32,000 nucleotides of DNA from assembly GCA_951812855.1 (NCBI GenBank), contig OX638337.1, positions 1,290,001 to 1,322,000 on the forward strand. The letters are read 5' to 3'. Position 1 is the stretch's first letter. Each line of letters opens with the position of its first letter. Position numbers and translations under genes: made by a program. Origin of the DNA: an uncultured Lentisphaeria bacterium (lineage in GTDB: Bacteria; Verrucomicrobiota; Lentisphaeria; JABSQK01; JAJFLO01). Shown piece after piece: positions 19,223 to 26,996 of this stretch. Below the pieces are notes generated by a model, which was not told the origin of the DNA, ran no database searches, and saw only the letters and a program-made list of their open reading frames with translations.

Positions 19223-19546
19223 TTAACCCTCCAGGAAATTAGATGGTTTTATTGAATATATATTCTGACTGTAAAGCAGTTCTAACACCTTTGCCCCGTA
19301 ATTGGTAATGTAGAGATTTTTTCGATTATGTTCCTCAACCATACTGAGAAAACACAGCGTGGTTAACGACTCTATATAGGCAACAGCACTCTGCTTGGTC
19401 CGCGTAATTCTATGGTATTTTAAGTCATCATATGCGTTCGTTATATTATACTTAATATGCTGGCTTTCAGCTTTGGCTGCCCAATATAATATAAGGAAAT
19501 GATAATCCCTTAATGACGCGACCTGTTTATCAAATAGATCTTTCAC
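19223..19546 (-). CDS. Small winged-helix-like putative DNA-binding protein (TubR-like in size and position)
   Basis: 107 aa with a GTG start; aggaag lies 12 nt upstream. The segment ITRTKQSAVAYIESLTTLCFLSMVEEHNRKNLYITNYGAKVLELL has the helix-turn-helix plus beta-wing pattern of MarR/PadR/TubR-type wHTH proteins. The stop codon is 1 nt before the ATG of the FtsZ/tubulin-like gene. Assignment rests on pattern, not strong identity. Confidence 0.5.
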   Translation of the reverse strand: MKDLFDKQVASLRDYHFLILYWAAKAESQHIKYNITNAYDDLKYHRITRTKQSAVAYIESLTTLCFLSMVEEHNRKNLYITNYGAKVLELLYSQNIYSIKPSNFLEG

Positions 19547-19649
19547 ACTCGGTAATGATACTTCCTGTTTATTAAGAATATAAGTTAAAAATCAAATAAA
19601 AGCACAAAAAACCCCTCTAAAACCCGTTTCTACAGACGGATTCCCGGCA

Positions 19650-19682
19650 CTTAAAGCATAGTATACTATACTATGCTTTAAG
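19650..19682. promoter_or_regulatory. Perfect 16-bp-arm inverted repeat with 1-nt spacer (cttaaagcatagtata c tatactatgctttaag); candidate operator or centromere-like site
   Basis: Read directly. Located about 105 bp upstream of the wHTH gene start in the divergent intergenic region. The core contains TAGTATA half-sites. Confidence 0.55.
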
Positions 19683-19811
19683 ACAAGCAGTTTTTTAGGT
19701 TTTAGACAAATTTTTTACTGATAATATTCGAAAAATTACACAACCACCGAAACAGAATATACATAATACGCCTTGAACAAGCTTGTTGCGAGCTGCACGC
19801 ATATCTGTATT

Positions 19812-19833
19812 CTACTATAGTGTAGTATGGTAG
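19812..19833. promoter_or_regulatory. Imperfect inverted repeat (ctactatag tg tagtatggtag) sharing ACTATA/TAGTAT half-sites with the 19650 palindrome
   Basis: Read directly. ctac...gtag termini with internal actatag/tagtatg. The motif is related to the half-site of the 33-bp palindrome about 150 bp away. Confidence 0.35.
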
Positions 19834-20055
19834 AATGCTGGCTGTAAATTTGCGTGTTTCCTATCATAAAACATTTTATAGCAGCAGTATTTTTACAAAA
19901 TTTGTTATACATTGGATAAATCAAAACAAAATTTGTATGAATTTTATGTATCATTTTTATATTACGCTGGTTATAAAATATTTATTCTTAGAAAAATTGA
20001 TGGAAACAAAAAAGAAGGCAATCTGAATGCCGGATGTATAAAATACTCTATCTTC

Positions 20056-20078
20056 TTATATAACAGCATGTTATATAA
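20056..20078. promoter_or_regulatory. Perfect 10-bp-arm inverted repeat with 3-nt spacer (ttatataaca gca tgttatataa)
   Basis: Read directly. Lies about 165 bp upstream of the MazG-like gene start. The AT-rich stem has no adjacent T-tract, so an operator-type site is more likely than a terminator. Confidence 0.35.
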
Positions 20079-20240
20079 TTAAATTTGAGAGTAAAAATTC
20101 TTCAATGTAAATTTTGATAAAACTTTTTCTTAAATTTTAGGTGAAAATGGGTACTCTTCGGTAATAACATTCTATATGTATTATTAAATCTATAACATTG
20201 AAATTTGTGCATCCGTTCTAAAAAATAATCGGAGTAAATA

Positions 20241-20657
20241 ATGAGTTATACAAAAAAAGTTCGTGAGTTTTCACAAGTATGTAATGGTTCTTTAACATCT
20301 AAACCGATATTAATTTCTAAGGGGGCTGTTGAATTCATTCGCAAAATGGTCAATGATGAACTTGATGAATTGGAAGAATCCGAATCCATTGTGGAACAGG
20401 CTGATGCATTGGTTGATGCAATATATTATATTTGCGACTGTGCAGTAAAACATGGTATGAATCTTGATCCATTATTTGACATAGTCCATGAAGCAAATAT
20501 GGGAAAAGTAGTTGATGGAAAGGTAATTCGTCGGGATGATGGAAAAATCCTGAAGCCTGAAGGGTGGACAGATCCACATCCTTTGTTAGAAGCAGAGGTA
20601 CAGAAACAGCTTAGTGAAGGTTCATTTAGTGAAATTCCCAGTGATATTTCCTGGTAA
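20241..20657 (+). CDS. MazG-like all-alpha nucleoside triphosphate pyrophosphohydrolase family protein
   Basis: Pattern DELDELEES....EQADALVDAIYYICDCAVKHGMNLDPLFDIVHEANMGKVVDGKVIRRDDGKILKPEGW matches the small MazG/HisE-like NTP-PPase family common in bacteria and phages (E-x-x-E/D metal ligands, VH.sNMsK...DGKi.Kp). ggag lies 9 nt upstream of the ATG. Confidence 0.65.
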   Translation: MSYTKKVREFSQVCNGSLTSKPILISKGAVEFIRKMVNDELDELEESESIVEQADALVDAIYYICDCAVKHGMNLDPLFDIVHEANMGKVVDGKVIRRDDGKILKPEGWTDPHPLLEAEVQKQLSEGSFSEIPSDISW

Positions 20658-20677
20658 ACAGGTTTAAGACGTCATTG

Positions 20678-21667
20678 TCACCAAATATTTATCAATTTTA
20701 CCTCTGGAAAATATTTTTTAATGGTATTGCTGTCTTTTTTATCAAAAATCAATTTAATATTGGGTCCTGCATCTATCGTAAAATAAACTGAAATTCCATT
20801 TTCACGTAAATTCCAGATTTCCCTCATATACTGTACAGTTTCCGGCAGCCAATATAATATTGGCGGCTTTGTATCTAACATCGTTGCATGCATACTCAAC
20901 GCATTTGATTCGGTAATTTCACCAAAACGTTTCATATCTTTTTCTTTTAGCGAACCGAGTAGACTTTTTAAATCGTGACTAATCCGTTCTGACCAATTTT
21001 TATAGAGTAATGATGTTTTAGAGGTAAGGGACATTGCTTTTCGTGATGAAATTACTTTTGGCTTATCAGATACTGTAAGAATTCCGATCGTAAGTTCAGA
21101 CCACTTATACGATAATGTTTCACCATAAGAGTCCATACCGTCTTGCTGTTTACCCGCATGCCAATATACAAATCCATTTTCGATTGATCGACATGCACTT
21201 CCGCTCCCCAGGCGTGCAATTATTGACATGTGTTGATGATCTAAATTCCATGAAAAGAGTTTATTCAAAGCATTTGTTAATGCACAAAATCCTGATGCGG
21301 ACGATGCAAGACCGGCGTTAGTCGGTATATCGTTTTTTGTTTTAACGGTAAAATAAAATTCCGGATCGGGTCTGAATAAATCAACGAAATTCACGATCCG
21401 GTTAAAAAAGTCCGAGTGTTCATCTATTTTTTTGTCGTTTAGAAACACTGTGTCTTTATTATTATTAACTGATAATTCAGTTGTCGTACCCAGATTTGTT
21501 AATGAGATTGACAGACTGTCGGTAACGGGTAGATTGAGGATCTCATTCCGTTTTCCCCAATATTTAATTAATGCGATATTAACCGGTGCAAATGCCGTTA
21601 CGGTACCATAATAATCGCTGCTCTTATTTTTACCCAAAATCTGATTAATTACATCCTGCTTAGTCAA
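20678..21667 (-). CDS. mvaD: Diphosphomevalonate decarboxylase
   Basis: APVNIALIKYWGKRNEILNLPVTDSLSISL, TNAGLASSASGFCAL and ARLGSGSACRS are hallmark MVD motifs. 329 aa. Confidence 0.9.
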   Translation of the reverse strand: MTKQDVINQILGKNKSSDYYGTVTAFAPVNIALIKYWGKRNEILNLPVTDSLSISLTNLGTTTELSVNNNKDTVFLNDKKIDEHSDFFNRIVNFVDLFRPDPEFYFTVKTKNDIPTNAGLASSASGFCALTNALNKLFSWNLDHQHMSIIARLGSGSACRSIENGFVYWHAGKQQDGMDSYGETLSYKWSELTIGILTVSDKPKVISSRKAMSLTSKTSLLYKNWSERISHDLKSLLGSLKEKDMKRFGEITESNALSMHATMLDTKPPILYWLPETVQYMREIWNLRENGISVYFTIDAGPNIKLIFDKKDSNTIKKYFPEVKLINIW

Positions 21668-22586
21668 TCGTGAACCCCTTATTCGTTATATCGACTGAAA
21701 TAATTTCAAAAGGAAATGAGTTATCATTAACAGCTCCAATACCGATCACGCAATCGCCTAATCCAGAGCCCGAGATTTTTGCCCCGGAAATGGTCGGCAT
21801 TTGTCTCAAAGCATAAATGATTTCATTCAATTTCAAATTACTGAGTTCCATTGCTTCCATGAGTCCATGGTTCAGCGTTAATATTTTACCAAATGTGTCC
21901 CATTGTTTATTTTCTAAAGCATTCAATGCTTCGCAACAACTCCTGTCCATTAAATCAAAGATAGAATTATATAATTCAGTAAATTTACTATACGATTTAT
22001 TTACCCGGTCTATAACCTGTGTTGTTGGTATTTTGTTCCCGGAATTTATCACGGTAATGGGCATGTCACATTCAACTTTTTTAACACTAAACGGTTCAGC
22101 TCTGTAATATAATAAACCACCATACACACTTGCGGCAACATCCGCACCGGATCCCTTTCCCTGAACCGCTTTTACTGCTGATAAACTACTCTTGAAAATG
22201 GCGTTTAAATCAACCGTTTCATTGAGTAAATAGTGAATCGCTCCGACCAGGGCTGCGGTGACAGCAGCTGATGATCCGAAACCAAGACTGTCTGAAAATT
22301 CAGATTCGATTCTTATATCCATTCCTTTTCCCCGGATTTCATTAAACCGGGTAATGGCTGAATATACAAATCGAAAGATTCTATTGTCATTCAAATCAGT
22401 AATTGATCCATTGTAGTGACCCAATTCTGACCGTATTGAAATCGTTTTATTCGAACTAAAATTGACAGACACTGTTATTCTTCTGTTGATCGCACATACC
22501 AAAGCGTGTTTGCCATGCAATACTGCATGTTCTCCGAGGATCATTAATTTCCCGGGTGCTGAAACCTTAACAGCATCGTAAACCAT
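21660..22586 (-). CDS. GHMP kinase, probable phosphomevalonate kinase
   Basis: APGKLMILGEHAVL N-terminus, GFGSSAAVTAALVGA ATP-binding motif and QGKGSGADVAASVYGG, which resembles the bacterial ERG8-type PMK pattern I recall. SGSGLGDC is near the C-terminus. Overlaps mvk by 20 nt and mvd by 8 nt. PMK versus a second MK is not certain. Confidence 0.6.
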   Translation of the reverse strand: MVYDAVKVSAPGKLMILGEHAVLHGKHALVCAINRRITVSVNFSSNKTISIRSELGHYNGSITDLNDNRIFRFVYSAITRFNEIRGKGMDIRIESEFSDSLGFGSSAAVTAALVGAIHYLLNETVDLNAIFKSSLSAVKAVQGKGSGADVAASVYGGLLYYRAEPFSVKKVECDMPITVINSGNKIPTTQVIDRVNKSYSKFTELYNSIFDLMDRSCCEALNALENKQWDTFGKILTLNHGLMEAMELSNLKLNEIIYALRQMPTISGAKISGSGLGDCVIGIGAVNDNSFPFEIISVDITNKGFTID

Positions 22587-23583
22587 CGTTATCTCCTTTT
22601 ATTGGCAATAGTGCATAATTATATTTTTTACATAGTCTTTTTAGGTCTTTTTTACCAACGACCATAACAATTCCGGCACTATCACCTGAAACCGAACCCG
22701 CACCAGAAATTTTTGCAGCTCCCCCAATATGTTCAATCTCTCTGATAAATGACTGAACCCGATCCGGCACAACACCTATATCACATAATAATCTATGATT
22801 TTCACGGATAGTACTTGCGAATCCGGATACGTCATTTTCAGTCATCACTGTCATCATCGTTTCAGTGATATTTTCAATCTGGTCCCAAACTAACTGATTT
22901 TTTACTTTCTCCCGAACACTCATCACGCATTGACCTGTTGACGATTGGGGTTTTCCGGTAAATACCAGGAAAAATTCCATATTCGGCATCGCTAACTTTT
23001 TCTGATCATTCTTCGTATATTTTACCAGACCGCCGTGTAAACATACAAATGGATCCAGGCCGCTCGACTGACCATGTTTTAAATGTTCACATTGAAGTGC
23101 AAGTTGAAACAGTTCCGAATGATCAGGAGTTACATTTAGCTGAACTGAAAATGCCTGAAGAACACCCAGGGAAACCGATGCAGATGACCCCATTCCACAA
23201 CCAATAGGTATTGTTGTTTCAATTTTAATAGATACACCATGTTTCATTGTCATACCGTATTTTTTCAATAACAATCCACAGGCATATGGGAAAAGTTGAA
23301 GTGTCTCGGGTAAAACAGATGAGACTGCTATCTTTTTATCGATAAATTCTTGATAACGGTTATTTGTGCAATCAATAATTTGGTGAATTTCATCGATGTC
23401 ATAACTCAGGCTGGAGCCTGTAACTAAATCTGAAAATTCAAATTCGATTCGTTTTGATATAATTGATTTTGATTCAGCAACAGTATACCGATTGACCGCC
23501 ATAGCCAATGCCGGCTTATTATAAACCACACTGTGTTCACCACTTACTATAATTTTTCCTGGAACTTTGACCGAATATATCAT
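22567..23583 (-). CDS. mvk: Mevalonate kinase
   Basis: VPGKIIVSGEHSVVYNKPALAMAV, PIGCGMGSSASVSLG, EHLKHGQSSGLDP (MK-type HG.pSG.D) and KISGAGSVSGDS motifs. First gene of the mvk-pmk-mvd operon. Confidence 0.75.
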   Translation of the reverse strand: MIYSVKVPGKIIVSGEHSVVYNKPALAMAVNRYTVAESKSIISKRIEFEFSDLVTGSSLSYDIDEIHQIIDCTNNRYQEFIDKKIAVSSVLPETLQLFPYACGLLLKKYGMTMKHGVSIKIETTIPIGCGMGSSASVSLGVLQAFSVQLNVTPDHSELFQLALQCEHLKHGQSSGLDPFVCLHGGLVKYTKNDQKKLAMPNMEFFLVFTGKPQSSTGQCVMSVREKVKNQLVWDQIENITETMMTVMTENDVSGFASTIRENHRLLCDIGVVPDRVQSFIREIEHIGGAAKISGAGSVSGDSAGIVMVVGKKDLKRLCKKYNYALLPIKGDNDGLRCC

Positions 23584-23727
23584 ATTAAATCAGCCCTGTA
23601 CACAACGATATTTCCCTTCAATCAAATCAATATTTTATCTCGATATTGACATAAAGGTAAAGTATTCTTATAACCTTGATAATTACAACGAATCAGGTCG
23701 CTTAAAAATTGAGAAAGGATAGAAATC

Positions 23728-24155
23728 ATGATTCCCGAACAGTGAATTGAATAAAACAATCATACAGCAACGTTCGTGGGAGAGTTTTTCAAAGCAGGTA
23801 AAGAAGCGATGAAACAAAAGAATTACGATCGTGCTGAACAAAAATTCAATGCACCATTAGAGGCTGCCAACAAGTTGGGTAAGGATGACCCACGGCTTGG
23901 AAATATTCATAGTGCCATTACTGAAATTTATTTTTAAAAGGCAATTTAGAAGCATCTGCTGACAGCTGCCAGAAAACCGTTGAGATCCGGGAGAACACGT
24001 TAGGCGAAAACTATTCCGGGCTGATCGCCATCCTTACAAGCTGCGCACAAGTCCCTGGTAAAATGAAGAAAAAAGATGAAGCGGATAAGATTATTAAACG
24101 CCTGAGGATATCAAGAAAAACAATGAAGCATCCCATCAGTAATCTTTTAACATAA
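23728..24155 (+). pseudogene. Decayed small TPR-like protein gene (two in-frame stops near the 5' end plus one frameshift)
   Basis: aaagga lies upstream, then ATG at 23728: MIPEQ*IE*NNHTATFVGEFFKAGKEAMKQKNYDRAEQKFNAPLEAANKLGKDDPRLGNIHSAITEIYF*. After a frame change it reads KGNLEASADSCQKTVEIRENTLGENYSGLIAILTSCAQV...*. The TPR-type pattern (A/G/Y positions, LG..HP-like turns) is continuous only across the breaks. No ORF of 60 aa or more remains. Confidence 0.55.
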
Positions 24156-24165
24156 TGAATTCTTT

Positions 24166-26868
24166 TTACTTACTGTCTGCAATTCCTTGCTGAGCAGCAG
24201 CGAGTCGTGCAATAGGCACCCTGTACGGTGAACAACTCACATAATTCATTCCGATTCTGACACAAAATTTTACACTTTCCAATTCACCGCCATGTTCTCC
24301 ACAAATCCCAATTTTCAGATTCTTCTTCGTTGAACGACCTTTTTTAATTCCAAGTTTTACGAGTTGTCCGACTCCTTCTTGATCCAGGACTTGAAATGGA
24401 TCATTCTTAAAAATACCCGCTTTTTTCTCATCGACATAATCAGGAAGGAATCGGCCTGAATCATCGCGTGACAATCCCATTGTTGTCTGGGTTAGATCAT
24501 TCGTCCCAAATGAGAAAAATTCAGCTGTTTCAGCGATTTTATCAGCCGTTAATGCTGCCCGCGGTATCTCGATCATTGTCCCAATTAAGTACGGAATTTT
24601 AGATTTTGACAATTTATTTTCTTTTAAAACTGAATTTGCGACTTTCCGAACGCGTTCGGAAAGTATTTCCAACTCCCTGCCTGCCATGGTAAGCGGAATC
24701 ATGATCTCAGGTTTTACTTTAATGTTTTTCTTCGTCACAATACAGGCAGCTTCCAAAATTGCTCGAACCTGCATATCCAGTATCTCGGGATAAGTAATTG
24801 CTAAGCGGCAACCTCTATGACCCAGCATCGGATTGAATTCGTGTAACAATTCAACACGCTGCTTTACTTTCGTATATGGCACTCCAATCTTTTTCGCCAA
24901 ATCACGTTGCCCCTTGTCATCATGAGGAACGAACTCATGCAACGGCGGATCAATCAGTCGAATTGTTACCGGGTATCCTTTCATTGCCTTAAATATACCG
25001 GCAAAATCATCCCGTTGAAACGGTCTTAATTTTTCAAGTGCCTTTATCCGGGCTTCGATTGTTTCTGCCACAATCATTTCGCGGATTGCATCAATGCGTT
25101 CCTGAGTATCGAAAAACATATGTTCAGTTCGACAAAGCCCAATGCCTTCTGCTCCCATTTCAATCGCTTTACCGGCATCTTCCGGAGTATCCGCATTTGT
25201 TCGGACACTAACAGTTCTAAACTTATCCGCCCACTTCATTATCTGTGTATATTCTTTTGGTAATCGAGGATCAATAAGTGGAAACTCACCCTTATAAACA
25301 TCGCCGCTGGATCCGTTTAAGGTGAGAAAATCACCTTCTTGCAAGACCGTCCCCTTTACTGACATTTTTTTATTTTTATAATCAATTTCCAAATGTTCGC
25401 ATCCGACAATGCAGCATTTTCCCCAACCTCGGGCAACAACAGCTGCGTGACTTGTTTTCCCGCCTGTTTGGGTAAGAATACCCCTGGCCGCATGCATTCC
25501 ACCAACATCTTCCGGACTGGTTTCCTTACGGACCAAAATAACCCGTTCTCCATTGTTTGCTGCCGTTTCAGCAACAGTAGCGGAAAAATAAATTTTCCCC
25601 GCAGCCGCCCCCGGTACAGCATTGACACCAACAGTCAACAACGCATCAGATAGATCTTGCCTGGATATTGATGTATCAATTTCAGGATAAAACAGTCGTT
25701 CAATATCATCCGGAGTAATTCGTGAGACAGCTTCCTGTTCAGTAATCAGACCTTCTCTGACCATATCATATGCAATTTTGAATGTTGCTGCAGGTGTTCG
25801 TTTTCCGCGTCGGGTCTGGAGCATATACAACGTGCCTTCGTCAACCGTAAATTCGAGATCCTGCATATCTTTATTGTGTTTCTCAAGTTTACTGCGAACC
25901 TTCAAAAGCTGGTTATAAACCTTTTTATTCTTTTTTTGCAATTCGGCAAGTTTCACTGGAGTACGTATTCCCGCAACCACGTCTTCGCCTTGTGCATTAA
26001 ATAGATAATCGCCATAAAATTCGTTCTTTCCGGAATTCGGATCACGTGTAAACGCGACACCGGTTCCGGATGTTTCACCTTTATTCCCAAATACCATCGT
26101 ACAGATATTTACAGCTGTCCCGCAGACTTCGTTTTCACTGATTTTTTCGACACGCCGATAGGTTACCGCCTTATCCGCCATCCAGCTGTTGAATACAGCA
26201 TTGATTGATCCCTCCAATTGAGCCCATGGATTTTGGGGGAATGGTTTTCCAACCATCTTTTTATATTTTGCTTTCAACTCCTCACAAAGCTGTTTTAATT
26301 CATCACCTGTGACTTCAGTGTCGAGAACAGATTCCCCTTTTTTCCGTTTAAGACGCTTTGCGACCACAGTTTCTTTAAACTGATCAAATGCACTTTCGAA
26401 TTCTTCCTTACTCAATCCCATTGCTGTTGATGCATACATCATAATGAACCGACGATACCCATCGTATGCAAAACGTCGGTTATTCGTCTTTTCTGCCTGT
26501 CCTTCAACAGACTTGTCATTTAATCCGAGATTTAGAATCGTTTCCATCATTCCCGGCATTGACAATGCTGCACCTGAGCGTACTGAAACCAGTAAAGGGT
26601 CGTTTGGATCTCCTAACTTTTTTCCGGTTAATTTTTCCAGTTTAGCGAGTTGAGCCTGGACTTGTTTTTTTAATCCTGACGGCCATTTTCTGCCGTTTTC
26701 ATAGTACTCACCACATGCAGTTGTTGAAACAGTGAATCCCGGGGGAACAGGCAAGCCAATATTCGTCATTTCTGCCAGACCAACGCCTTTACCGCCGAGC
26801 ACCATTTTTTGACTTGGTTTTCCCTCTGCTTTTCTTCCTCCAAAAAAATAAACATATTTCTTAGCCAT
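24166..26868 (-). CDS. ppdK: Pyruvate, phosphate dikinase
   Basis: 900 aa, collinear with PPDK. It has LGGKGVGLAEM, the phospho-histidine region GGKTSHAAVVARGWGK, and PEP/pyruvate-domain motifs GLCRTEHMF, FFSFGTNDLTQ and ICGEHGG. A strong GAGGAG RBS lies upstream. Confidence 0.95.
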   Translation of the reverse strand: MAKKYVYFFGGRKAEGKPSQKMVLGGKGVGLAEMTNIGLPVPPGFTVSTTACGEYYENGRKWPSGLKKQVQAQLAKLEKLTGKKLGDPNDPLLVSVRSGAALSMPGMMETILNLGLNDKSVEGQAEKTNNRRFAYDGYRRFIMMYASTAMGLSKEEFESAFDQFKETVVAKRLKRKKGESVLDTEVTGDELKQLCEELKAKYKKMVGKPFPQNPWAQLEGSINAVFNSWMADKAVTYRRVEKISENEVCGTAVNICTMVFGNKGETSGTGVAFTRDPNSGKNEFYGDYLFNAQGEDVVAGIRTPVKLAELQKKNKKVYNQLLKVRSKLEKHNKDMQDLEFTVDEGTLYMLQTRRGKRTPAATFKIAYDMVREGLITEQEAVSRITPDDIERLFYPEIDTSISRQDLSDALLTVGVNAVPGAAAGKIYFSATVAETAANNGERVILVRKETSPEDVGGMHAARGILTQTGGKTSHAAVVARGWGKCCIVGCEHLEIDYKNKKMSVKGTVLQEGDFLTLNGSSGDVYKGEFPLIDPRLPKEYTQIMKWADKFRTVSVRTNADTPEDAGKAIEMGAEGIGLCRTEHMFFDTQERIDAIREMIVAETIEARIKALEKLRPFQRDDFAGIFKAMKGYPVTIRLIDPPLHEFVPHDDKGQRDLAKKIGVPYTKVKQRVELLHEFNPMLGHRGCRLAITYPEILDMQVRAILEAACIVTKKNIKVKPEIMIPLTMAGRELEILSERVRKVANSVLKENKLSKSKIPYLIGTMIEIPRAALTADKIAETAEFFSFGTNDLTQTTMGLSRDDSGRFLPDYVDEKKAGIFKNDPFQVLDQEGVGQLVKLGIKKGRSTKKNLKIGICGEHGGELESVKFCVRIGMNYVSCSPYRVPIARLAAAQQGIADSK

Positions 26869-26996
26869 TTACTTATTCTCCTCAGATATTTTGCACTATA
26901 GCAGTCAGTCGTTAACCTGATCGATTCAGGCCTCAGTGTAAATGAAATAAATTTTGCGTAACGCGAAGCGCTGAAACTAATTAAGAAAAATGAACG

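Noticed and set aside
19650-19682. The 33-bp palindrome as a rho-independent (bidirectional) terminator
   Set aside because: No gene converges on it from either side. The stem is AT-rich, and the nearest T-run on the plus strand begins about 8 nt after the stem instead of abutting it.
19736-20026. ORFs 19736..19954 (-) and 19835..20026 (+) in the AT-rich divergent region
   Set aside because: They overlap each other on opposite strands, lack ribosome-binding sites and encode I/F/K/Y/N-rich peptides typical of random ORFs in AT-rich DNA.
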